This document shows positions 37,876 to 47,175 of a stretch of DNA of 51,108 nt, in pieces. The stretch's first letter is position 1; the number at the start of each line of letters is the position of its first letter. This stretch comes from a bacterium. Lineage in GTDB: Bacteria; Bacillota_I; Bacilli_A; RF39; UBA660. The DNA is taken from contig CAVAJX010000038.1 in assembly GCA_963589235.1 (NCBI GenBank), forward strand, positions 1 through 51,108, written 5' to 3'. Under the pieces are notes generated by a model. It saw nothing but the letters and a program-made list of their open reading frames with translations, searched no databases and was not told the DNA's origin. The translations under genes and the position numbers were made by a program.

Positions 37876-39610
37876 GTGTGCCAGTTCGGTGCTTAATATA
37901 TAGTTAGGTGAAACTCCAAACCTGGTAATCTCTAGCAAAGAGCCAGTATCCAGTCTTGGAGCCAAAATCGTGAGATTAGGTTTAAGCGTAGACAAGAAAG
38001 TGTTTGAGCCGAAATGCAAAAGCGTGAAGTGATGGAGCCTCGTTATTAAAACATTAAATATGGAAGCTTATGTACTCCTTTTTACAGCAAGCAACATTTG
38101 TAATATCGTTAAAGCGAGATATTATGAATTCCATCAGGGTCTAAGAACTTGGCAAGTTCACAAGGTATATTTAAGCATACCTGGGAGAACTTATGGGTTC
38201 CTTAATTCTAAAAGGTTTAAAATCACCAATAGTAAAAGGTATATCAAAGCAAGGTTTTATAAACTAAGCGAGGTAAATGACTTATAAGTAGTCGGACTAG
38301 TTCATAGTAGCGATGAAGTATATGAAAGTATATGGAGTGAAGGGACTAGCATATAAATCGTTTCTCTGATAGAAACATTAATTACACATGGAGGTAATAG
38401 AAAGTGGAAAATGAAAGAGGAGATATAAGAAGTCAATCTATAAAGTATAAGAAACTTCAAATGTTGATGCATCATATCAACAATGAAACATTAATAAAAG
38501 AACATCAAAAGCAAATCAACAATAAAGCGAGTGGAATAGACAAAATGACTAAAGAGAAATACGAAACAAATTTAAACAACAACATAGATGAATTAATACA
38601 AAGAATGAAGTTATTTAAATACAGACCACAAGCGGTAAGAAGAACGTACATACCCAAGGCAAATGAGAAATTAAGACCATTAGGAATACCTGCATATGAA
38701 GATAAACTAGTACAAGGCGTCATGGCAAATATCCTAAACGAGATATACAAACCAAGATTTTTAAATTGTTCATATGGATTTAGACCAAATAGAAATTGTC
38801 ATCAAGCAATAGCAAGCATTAAGAAATCGATAACGACAAAACCAGTCAATTATATATTAGATGCAGATATAAAAGGCTTCTTTGATAATGTAGACCATAA
38901 ATGGATGATAAGATTTCTAGAAAATGATATAGAGGATAAGAACTTTATAAGATACATAGTAAGATTTTTAAAATCAGGTATTATGGAAAAAGGAATTATT
39001 AAAGAAAGCTTAAAAGGAACACCACAAGGTGGATTAATATCACCTATACTAGCTAATGTATATTTACATTATGTACTTGATTTATGGGTAGAAAAATGGG
39101 TAAAACCAAGAGCAAAAGGATATGTAGAAATAGTAAGATATGCCGATGATTTTTTAGTGATGTTTCAATATGAAAATGAAGCCAAATCATTTTATGAGGT
39201 TTTAAAGAAAAGGCAAATACATAGTAAAACATAAAACAAGTAAGAAGAAAATGAAAGCAAAAAGAAAAGAATTTAAAATGTGGATGCGGCAAAATATGCA
39301 TAAACCAATATATGAAACAATGGAAACTATTAAGTGAAAATTAATAGGACACTATAATTATTATGGAATAATAAATCCATATGTGATTATTATATGTATG
39401 TTAAATGGAATACATATAGAATATTAAATAGAAGACATCAAAAGAAAAGTATGTCTTATGAAATATTTAATAGAATATGGATTGGATTTTTAATGCCAAT
39501 ACCACATATTAGAGTAAACATAGGTTAAATCAAAGATTTATATGAAGAGTCGTAAGCCTTAATAGGGCACGTACGGTTCTGTGAGGGACAGACAGACGAG
39601 CCTTTCACTT
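37876..39610 (+). mobile_element. Group II intron (class C-like), degenerate
   Basis: 5' GUGUG at 37876. Canonical domain V at 39547-39579 (GAGUCGUAAGCC..GGGCACGUACGGUUC), followed by a domain VI-like helix. Contains an internal RT ORF. Sits 10 nt after the T-run of a terminator. The 3' boundary is approximate. Confidence 0.8.
38404..39528 (+). pseudogene. Intron-encoded reverse transcriptase/maturase, frameshifted and internally deleted
   Basis: RT blocks are present, including RPLGIPAYEDKLVQ and YADDF. The frame breaks after 39234. Maturase X remnants (KLIGHYNYYGI, ...PHIRVNIG*) appear in other frames. No endonuclease domain. Confidence 0.8.
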
Positions 39611-39868
39611 AAATTAAAAAAGAGAGGTAAGTTGAGTTTGTCTACTCGACAAATTGCGTTTAAGCTATTATTGAACAAAAAAAGAACTCGATAGAATTAA
39701 TACATATCAAAAAGATTAAAGCTAAAAACTCTAATTATTTATAAGGAATTTGCTTTTTACTATTGTAACTATTCAGACTATTTGCAAACAACATTATAAT
39801 TTTTTTAATTAAATAACAAAATTAGTGTAATCTATGATACAATAAAAAAAAAGTAGAGGAGTGGAAGA

Positions 39869-41668
39869 ATGAAAGAAGAAAAAAAGTCTCGGGATAGTCT
39901 AAAAATAATAATTCTAATAGCTGTAACCATATTTGCAACATGCTTTATATATGAATATAACAAAATTTTGATATCTAAAAACAATAAGAATAATCAAGAT
40001 GTAAAAGAATCAAAAACAATTGCTGTAGAAAAAGTGGATATAAATGCAATAGGTGACAATACAATAGAAGAAGAAACAAACAATGACAATAAAATAATAA
40101 ATAAAAATACTATAACGCAATCACAATCTACAACTAGTTGTAAAAAAAATTCAGCTTGTTTAATAGCGGGTAATTTTTTAAGTGATGGAGTTGTAACAAC
40201 AGCGGAAGCAAATGCTATGAAAATTAACACAGCAAATTTACAATATCTTGTTAATACATATAATTCATCAGAAAGGACCATTATTGAACTTCCTTCAGGA
40301 ACATATTACTTTTCAAAAGGCGGAGAGGCAAAAAATGAAGATTATGTTATTAAACTTACAAATAATACAACAATAAAAGGATCAGGAACTTCGGAAAATG
40401 AAGCAACAATCTTAAAACCATATGCACCAGATAACACAATTGAAAAAGGATTAGATATGTTTTATTATAATCATTTAACAGATACAAAAGGTGCAGAAGC
40501 AAAATACCTTGAAAATGTAAGTTTTTCAAATTTTGTTATAGATGGTAATGATGTTAGAGCAAAAAAATACACAAGTGCCGGAAAAGGATTTATGATAAAT
40601 TTATGCAAAAATTGTACATGGGATAACATGGTTGTAAAAAATACAGATGGAACTGGATTTGGAATGGATAACCTTATTGATAGTAAGATAACAAATAGTA
40701 CAGCTATAAATTGTGGAAAATTAGCAACAACAACTTCATATGGAGCATCTGGATTTGGTATAGGTACAGGTTACTCCAATGAAGAATCCGTACTTATTGA
40801 AAACTGTACAGCAATTGGAAATAAAAAATATGGATTCTTCTTTGAACATCAAGGCTATTTTGAAAATGGTGAAAGTGATGATAACAGAACATACAAAGCG
40901 ACAAAAGCGGTAGGATTTACTGTAAAAAATTCAACTGCAACAGGAAATCTATATAACTTTGGTGCTAATAGAGGAAATGATGTCAGCTACATAAACTGTT
41001 CAAGTACAAAAGATAATACAACGATAGATGGTACTCCTGTAGGATATACGCAATCTGATATATATTTCACTGATCAATCTCGTAGAACAAAAATAGAAAA
41101 CTTTCAAACAGATAATATGTTTACTGATGTTAGTAAATCATCACCATATTATGATGCTATTAAATGGGCATATCTTAATAGTATGATATATGGAGTAGGC
41201 AACTATACTTTCGGTTTGAATGTAAATGCAACTAGAGCAGATGTTGTAACAATTCTATGGAGATATTCAGGTAGAAAAGGAGATGTTGTTTTTGGATTAC
41301 ATGAAGATGCAAAAGTAAAAACTGATTTCAAAGATGTATCAAGCAATGCCCTTTATGCAGGTGCTGTAAGCTGGGCTGCAGAAAATAAAATAACAAATGG
41401 TACTTCATCAACAACATTCTCACCAAATAAAAATGTTACAAGAGAACAATTTGTAACAATGTTATGGCGTTACGCTGGAAGTCCAAATGTAAAAGGAAGT
41501 TTACCATTTAAAGATGTAAAAAAATCATCACCATATTATAAGGCAATAAAATGGGCATATAAAAAGAATATAACAAATGGAACCAGTAACACTACCTTTT
41601 CTCCAAAAGCAAATTGTACAAGGGAACAAGTTATTACTATGATATACAGATATAATAATACACTATAG
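39869..41668 (+). CDS. Cell-surface protein: signal anchor, right-handed beta-helix region and three C-terminal SLH domains
   Basis: Three SLH repeats (FTDVSKSSPYYDAIKWAY.., FKDVSSNALYAGAVSWAA.., FKDVKKSSPYYKAIKWAY..). The central N/G/T-rich repeats resemble a pectin-lyase fold. Confidence 0.85.
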   Translation: MKEEKKSRDSLKIIILIAVTIFATCFIYEYNKILISKNNKNNQDVKESKTIAVEKVDINAIGDNTIEEETNNDNKIINKNTITQSQSTTSCKKNSACLIAGNFLSDGVVTTAEANAMKINTANLQYLVNTYNSSERTIIELPSGTYYFSKGGEAKNEDYVIKLTNNTTIKGSGTSENEATILKPYAPDNTIEKGLDMFYYNHLTDTKGAEAKYLENVSFSNFVIDGNDVRAKKYTSAGKGFMINLCKNCTWDNMVVKNTDGTGFGMDNLIDSKITNSTAINCGKLATTTSYGASGFGIGTGYSNEESVLIENCTAIGNKKYGFFFEHQGYFENGESDDNRTYKATKAVGFTVKNSTATGNLYNFGANRGNDVSYINCSSTKDNTTIDGTPVGYTQSDIYFTDQSRRTKIENFQTDNMFTDVSKSSPYYDAIKWAYLNSMIYGVGNYTFGLNVNATRADVVTILWRYSGRKGDVVFGLHEDAKVKTDFKDVSSNALYAGAVSWAAENKITNGTSSTTFSPNKNVTREQFVTMLWRYAGSPNVKGSLPFKDVKKSSPYYKAIKWAYKKNITNGTSNTTFSPKANCTREQVITMIYRYNNTL

Positions 41669-41760
41669 TAAAAAAAGTCCTAAAAAAGAAAGAAAATTAG
41701 TATATTACTTTTCTTCTTTCTTTTTTTTTGGTAAAATAATACGTTGAAGGAGTTGATAGA

Positions 41761-44250
41761 ATGAACCTTTTAAGGAAATTATTCGATCACGAATATAAAG
41801 AAATGAAAAAGTTTACTACTTTAGCAGACAAAGTAATGGCTTTAGATGAAGAGTATTCAAAATTAACAGATACAGAATTACAAAATAAAACAGAAGAGTT
41901 TAAAAATCGTTTAAGAGACGGCGAAACATTAGATGATATCTTAGTAGAAGCATTTGCAACTGCACGTGAAGCTGCATTCCGTGTACTAGGTGAAAAACAC
42001 TTCTATGTACAAATTTTAGGTGGTCTTGCTATCCATTATGGAAATATAGCTGAAATGAAAACAGGTGAAGGAAAAACTTTAACCAGTGTATTACCCGCTT
42101 ACTTAAATGCCTTATCTGGTGAAGGTGTTCACATCATAACAGTAAATGAATATCTAGCAACCCGTGATGCTGAATGGATGGGTAAAATACATGAATTTTT
42201 AGGTTTAACTGTTGGTGTTAATACAAGAGACTTATCTCCTAAAGAAAAACAAGAAGCATACAACTGTGATATTTTATATTCAACAAATAATGAAATTGGT
42301 TTTGACTACTTAAGAGATAACATGGTTGTTCATAAAGAAGACAGAGTACAAAGAAAACTAAACTTTGCCATTATCGATGAAGTTGACTCAGTTTTAATAG
42401 ATGAAGCTAGAACACCATTAATAATCTCCGGTGGTGAAATGAAAAGTGCCAATCTATACATTGATGCAGACCGTTTTGCTAAAAGTTTAAAAGATGAAAA
42501 AGACTATATTTATGATGAAAAAACAAAAAGTGTTAATTTAACGGATGCCGGTTCAGAAAAAGCTGAAAAGACATTTAACATTAAGAACTTATATGAAATA
42601 GAAAATGCAGGGCTTCTACATTACATAAATCAAGCATTACGAGCTAACTACTCTATGAAAAATGATGTTGACTATGTAGTACAAGATGATGAAGTTATAA
42701 TAGTTGATCAGTTTACTGGACGTTTAATGAAAGGAAGAGCTTATTCCGATGGATTACACCAAGCAATAGAAGCTAAAGAGGGTGTAACAATAAATCAAGA
42801 AACTAAGACTCTAGCAACTATCACATTCCAAAATTTATTTAGAATGTATAAGAAATTATCGGGTATGACAGGTACTGCTAAGACAGAAGAAGAAGAATTT
42901 AGAAATATATATAACATGTATGTTATTGAAATTCCTACTAATAAACCAGTTATTCGTGTCGATGCTCCAGACCTAGTTTATGCTACTAAAGAAGCAAAAT
43001 ACAAAGCAATCATAAATTTTGTAAAAGAACGTTATGAAAAAGGACAACCAGTTTTAATTGGTACAATAGCAATTGAAACAAGTGAATTAATAAGTAGTTT
43101 ATTAAAACAAGCAAAAATCCCTCATGAAGTATTGAATGCTAAAAACCATGCTCGTGAAGCTGAAATAATTTCAAAAATCGGTTTAGGCAAATCTGTTACT
43201 ATCGCAACTAACATGGCTGGCCGTGGTACAGATATCAAACTATCAGACGAAATAAGAAATTTAGGTGGATTATGTGTTGTAGGTACTGAAAGACATGAGT
43301 CCCGTCGTATTGATAACCAGTTAAGAGGTCGTTCTGGACGTCAAGGAGATCCTGGTTATACTCAATTCTTCGTTTCAATGAAAGATGACCTAATGGTACG
43401 CTTTGGTTCTGATCGTATCGGTGAAATGATGAAGAACATGGGTCTAGGTGACCAAGCTATTCAAAGTAAAACATTTACTAGGTCAATTGGAACAGCACAA
43501 AAGAGAGTTGAAGGAAACAACTTTGATATTCGTAAACAATTATTACAATATGATGATGTAATGAATAATCAAAGAGAAATAATATATGAAAAAAGAAATA
43601 CTATTTTAGATAGTGATTCAATTCATGAAATGGTATTAAGTTCATTTAGACATCACGTAGAAGACTTAGTAAATTCTCATTTAGCACCAGAAGGAATGCT
43701 AACAGATAATGACTTAAATGAAATAGTAGATTTTGCTAATGAAAATCTATTGAAAAAAGATATTAAGAAAAGTAGTATCTCTGGAATTACAACAGAAGAG
43801 GTAATCGATAAAATTGCACAACAAGTAATAGCTGAATATGAAGAAAAAATCAAAGAGATACCAGAAGAAATAACTGATGAATTCGAAAAAGTTATAACAT
43901 TACAAGTTGTGGATAACTATTGGATGGAACATATCAACACAATGTCTCATTTAAGAGAAGGAATTCACTTAAGAGGATATGCTCAAGAAGATCCATTAAG
44001 AGCTTATACTATGGAAGGGTTTGACTTATTTGACTCTATGCTTCAAAAGATAGATAAAGATATAAGTATCTTCTTATTAAAGGCAGAAGTTCGTCACAAT
44101 GTTGAAAGAAAAACAGTATCAAAAAAACAAATAACTAACGAAAGTGATGAAGGAGTAAAGAAAACTCCAAAGAAGTCAAAAAAAATAGGTCGTAACGATC
44201 CTTGTCCATGTGGCTCTGGTAAGAAGTACAAACAATGCTGTGGTAAATAG
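41761..44250 (+). CDS. secA: Preprotein translocase ATPase SecA
   Basis: The MKTGEGKTL Walker A, the DEVDSVLIDEARTPLIISG DEAD box and the C-terminal SEC-C zinc motif (CPCGSGKKYKQCCGK). Confidence 0.97.
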   Translation: MNLLRKLFDHEYKEMKKFTTLADKVMALDEEYSKLTDTELQNKTEEFKNRLRDGETLDDILVEAFATAREAAFRVLGEKHFYVQILGGLAIHYGNIAEMKTGEGKTLTSVLPAYLNALSGEGVHIITVNEYLATRDAEWMGKIHEFLGLTVGVNTRDLSPKEKQEAYNCDILYSTNNEIGFDYLRDNMVVHKEDRVQRKLNFAIIDEVDSVLIDEARTPLIISGGEMKSANLYIDADRFAKSLKDEKDYIYDEKTKSVNLTDAGSEKAEKTFNIKNLYEIENAGLLHYINQALRANYSMKNDVDYVVQDDEVIIVDQFTGRLMKGRAYSDGLHQAIEAKEGVTINQETKTLATITFQNLFRMYKKLSGMTGTAKTEEEEFRNIYNMYVIEIPTNKPVIRVDAPDLVYATKEAKYKAIINFVKERYEKGQPVLIGTIAIETSELISSLLKQAKIPHEVLNAKNHAREAEIISKIGLGKSVTIATNMAGRGTDIKLSDEIRNLGGLCVVGTERHESRRIDNQLRGRSGRQGDPGYTQFFVSMKDDLMVRFGSDRIGEMMKNMGLGDQAIQSKTFTRSIGTAQKRVEGNNFDIRKQLLQYDDVMNNQREIIYEKRNTILDSDSIHEMVLSSFRHHVEDLVNSHLAPEGMLTDNDLNEIVDFANENLLKKDIKKSSISGITTEEVIDKIAQQVIAEYEEKIKEIPEEITDEFEKVITLQVVDNYWMEHINTMSHLREGIHLRGYAQEDPLRAYTMEGFDLFDSMLQKIDKDISIFLLKAEVRHNVERKTVSKKQITNESDEGVKKTPKKSKKIGRNDPCPCGSGKKYKQCCGK

Positions 44251-44433
44251 CTCGCAAACCCTTATAAAATAAAGAATTGTCAAAAATAGAAAAAATGATA
44301 AATTTGTCTACTGATGACAATTTGTTCACGACTTGTCCACATAGTATAAATAATGTGGAAAGAATTAAAAAAATAAGTAAAAAGGATGCAGACGACATTT
44401 TTAAACCGACATCCTTTTTACTTGTAGTGATTT

Positions 44434-44462
44434 TTGACATATTAATATTAATTTGTTATAAT
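44434..44462 (+). promoter_or_regulatory. Near-perfect sigma-A promoter with an extended -10
   Basis: TTGACA(44434-44439)-17 nt-TATAAT(44457-44462), preceded by TGT. Confidence 0.65.
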
Positions 44463-44468
44463 TTAAAT

Positions 44469-44647
44469 GTAGTAAATCAATTAGTCATTCGCGTTTTACT
44501 ATCAGATAAACAAATGTTTAAAGGAATAATGAAGAGTCTTAAGAATCTCCTCATGAATGACAAAAAATATACACATTAATTTTGTGATTGTTTTTTGTGT
44601 CGTATTCATGAAAGGAGACTTGCTAACCATTGTCAAGTCTTTTTTTA
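44469..44647 (+). ncRNA. Candidate ~180-nt transcript (sRNA or orphaned attenuator leader)
   Basis: Bounded by the consensus promoter and the terminator AGACTTG..CAAGTCT+T7 (44616-44647). No ORF with an RBS. An alternative long helix (44546-44561 with 44600-44619) competes with the terminator stem. Confidence 0.35.
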
Positions 44648-44697
44648 TTGCTATTTTTTCTAAAAGAAGGTAGATTTCCCCTTACCCCAAATTATAC

Positions 44698-45891
44698 TTA
44701 ATTATATATTTCTTTTACTCTTGCATAATATATTCTCAAAAATTTATTTAATCCTGCAATTTTAGCTAATGTTTTATTTTTACCTTCTGCTTCTTTTCTT
44801 AACATAAATAGATATACTGCATTATCTGTTTTTGGCCTACAAGACTTAATACTCTTAGTTATTTCATAGCCAACTTTTCTTAAATATTTATTTCCTCGTT
44901 TACTTATATGTCTATTACTTGAATTAAAATTTCCTGATTGATATGGTGGCGCATCTATGCCACAAAATGCTATCAAACAATTAGCATTTTTAAATCTTCT
45001 TATGTCACCAATCTCTGCAATAAGTCTTGCTCTGGTTTTAGGTCCAACACCTTTCATTTCATTAACAATATCAAACTCTTCTAATTGCATTGCAAGTTCA
45101 TCCATTTTTGATATAATATCATTAGTTACTTTTATAGAATTTCTTAAAAGTAATATACAGCTATCAATAGATAGTTGTAATGATTCATTATATGGACATG
45201 AAGTTATTATTGTTGGAGCTTTTGCATAAAGGTTATCTCCAATAATTTTACCAACTTTATGTCTATATTTTTTTGCTATATTATCTATTTCATTAACAAA
45301 TTCTTCTTTAGTTTTTTCTAATACTAAATTTGGATATGAGTATTTTTCATAGATATCCAATAATAATTCATATCTATTTTCTTCATCAACAATACTTTTA
45401 ATTCCAGGAAAAGTCTTATCAATCATATTTGTTAATTGAATTTTTAAACTTGTTTTAATTTTTATATATTGAGTATACTGCCTTGAAAGAAATTGTAACT
45501 GTTCTCTAATTTCATCTGATGGTTCAAATTTTCTTAATTTAAACCATTTATCACTACAATAACTAGCTAATTTTAAAGAATCCTTTCTGTCATTTTTAAC
45601 TTTTCTAAGATCCATATCACAATACTTTTTTATAACTAAAGCATTTTCTACACAAACAAAATAATCTTTTTCAATTAATGAATTTAATATTGGTAAATGA
45701 TAATGTCCTGTGGCTTCCATTAGAAATTTTATTTCTTCTTTATTTATATTTTTTATTTTTGATAATAAAATATCAAATCCTTCTTGATCATGATTAATTT
45801 CAAATGGTTCTTCAACAACTTCGCCTTCTGTTGTAATTATTGAAATTGTACTTTTTCCTTTTGAAACATCAATTCCTACTGCATACATCAA
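44698..45891 (-). CDS. IS110-family DEDD transposase/recombinase
   Basis: MYAVGIDVSKGKS N-terminus (RuvC-like DEDD domain). The C-terminal domain has GVGPKTRARLIAEIGDIRRF and FCGIDAPPYQSGN. Confidence 0.92.
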   Translation of the reverse strand: MMYAVGIDVSKGKSTISIITTEGEVVEEPFEINHDQEGFDILLSKIKNINKEEIKFLMEATGHYHLPILNSLIEKDYFVCVENALVIKKYCDMDLRKVKNDRKDSLKLASYCSDKWFKLRKFEPSDEIREQLQFLSRQYTQYIKIKTSLKIQLTNMIDKTFPGIKSIVDEENRYELLLDIYEKYSYPNLVLEKTKEEFVNEIDNIAKKYRHKVGKIIGDNLYAKAPTIITSCPYNESLQLSIDSCILLLRNSIKVTNDIISKMDELAMQLEEFDIVNEMKGVGPKTRARLIAEIGDIRRFKNANCLIAFCGIDAPPYQSGNFNSSNRHISKRGNKYLRKVGYEITKSIKSCRPKTDNAVYLFMLRKEAEGKNKTLAKIAGLNKFLRIYYARVKEIYN

Positions 45892-45899
45892 TTCTCCTC

Positions 45900-46075
45900 C
45901 TTCTATTAATAACTGGTTCCATCTCTTTTACATATCTTCATCCTGGCTTGTGACGCGAAAGTACATAAGTATTTCAACTTGCTTAATCGAATGTATTATG
46001 CAAAGGATGATCAACTGTCCTCCTTTACGAACGCGAAGTTCAGGTGTGATTTCGTTGACCAATTATCCTCTTACA
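45900..46075 (-). ncRNA. Candidate IS110 bridge RNA in the transposase 5' leader
   Basis: Locally GC-richer than its flanks, with nested helices on the minus strand (GGATAAT..ATCATCC, CAAC..GTTG, ACGAA..TTCGT). It occupies the position where IS110-group elements encode their bridge RNA. Confidence 0.4.
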
Positions 46076-46082
46076 TAATAAT

Positions 46083-46129
46083 AAAAAAGAGTGTAATAAT
46101 CAATTCATTATTTGAATTAAATATTACAC
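46083..46129. repeat. Long imperfect hairpin abutting the IS110 left end
   Basis: GTGTAATA..AATTC / GAATT..TATTACAC arms preceded by A6 (so T-run on the minus strand). May be a REP/terminator-like insertion target. Confidence 0.5.
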
Positions 46130-46192
46130 TTATATGGTACCAGGTTCTTTTTATATACAATCACATTTTATATTAAGAGAGGATGGTAGAAA

Positions 46193-46954
46193 ATGAAAAC
46201 AAACGAACATGATTTTTACAGTGAAATAGCTAATTGGTCTTTTGAAGATATAGACTATACTAGCGAAGTAATTACAAATTGGATTTATGAAGATGAAATA
46301 AAAAAACGTGTAAAAGAAAATACAAAAATTTTAGATTTGGGAACAGCAGCAGGAGAAAAAGTACTTAAAAATTTTCCAAATTGTGCTGAAATATTGGGAA
46401 CAGATTTCTCTGATGAAATGATAGAAACAGCTAATAAAAATTTATTACAAAGTGGAAGAAAGAATATTTTATTTAGAGTTATGAATAATCTAAAAATGGA
46501 TACTCCAGATAATTACTTTGATATAGTAACAGCACGTCATACAATAATTGATCCATTGCAAATATATAAAACATTAAAAACAGGTGGACAACTTGTTATA
46601 AGAGGTGTTGATAAATTGGATTGTTGGTCTTTAAAAAGAATGTTTAAAAGAGGTCAAGCATATCACGATGTTAAGCCTATAAGCTTAATTGATTATGAAG
46701 CAATAATGGATGCAGGATTTAAAGAAGTAGAATTAATTCCACTTCATGTAATAGAGTACTATAAAACAAAAGAAGATTTATATGCTTTACTAGTTAAAAC
46801 TCCAATATTAGATGACTTCTCAGAAGAATCATTTAATGAATATGAAAGAAAACCAATAGAGAAGGAAACATTTGAAAAATATGTTAAACAAAACACTACT
46901 GAAAAAGGCATCAAATTAATCAGAAGATATTATGGAATAATTGGGAAAAAATAA
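46193..46954 (+). CDS. Class I SAM-dependent methyltransferase
   Basis: Motif I (ILDLGTAAGE) and motif post-I (GTDFSDEM); ~250 aa. Confidence 0.8.
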   Translation: MKTNEHDFYSEIANWSFEDIDYTSEVITNWIYEDEIKKRVKENTKILDLGTAAGEKVLKNFPNCAEILGTDFSDEMIETANKNLLQSGRKNILFRVMNNLKMDTPDNYFDIVTARHTIIDPLQIYKTLKTGGQLVIRGVDKLDCWSLKRMFKRGQAYHDVKPISLIDYEAIMDAGFKEVELIPLHVIEYYKTKEDLYALLVKTPILDDFSEESFNEYERKPIEKETFEKYVKQNTTEKGIKLIRRYYGIIGKK

Positions 46955-47175
46955 TAATTACTAGTATGAATGCGAACAGTTTTTGTTAGCGTTCTGTCTA
47001 TTTATAAAAGAACAAAATAATGAAAGATATAACAAAAGTTATTAAATTTTGAAGATGAAATGAATAAAATTTAATTTGGTCAAATTCGAGCAAATTGATT
47101 GTTTAATAATATAAAAAAATAGTATAATATCTAATATAAATTAGTGAAAAAATATTAGGATAAGGATGATAAAAC

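Larger units (their letters stand above)
44655..46085 (-). mobile_element. IS110-family insertion sequence (approximate boundaries)
   Basis: A single DEDD-transposase gene with a ~190-nt structured upstream non-coding end and a short downstream end. No terminal inverted repeats, as expected for IS110. TCTTTT is present at both presumed junctions. Confidence 0.6.

Noticed and set aside
38060-38287. A 75-aa ORF inside the group II intron.
   Set aside because: It lies in intron domain I RNA upstream of the RT ORF, has no RBS, and has an arbitrary composition.
44277-44579. A 100-aa ORF downstream of secA.
   Set aside because: It has no RBS and a low-complexity, hydrophobic composition typical of AT-rich non-coding DNA. 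It spans a hairpin and a consensus promoter that fires in the same direction from inside it.
45979-46176. A 65-aa + strand ORF between the IS110 transposase and the methyltransferase.
   Set aside because: It is antisense to the IS110 5' leader and crosses the long hairpin at 46083-46129. It has no RBS.
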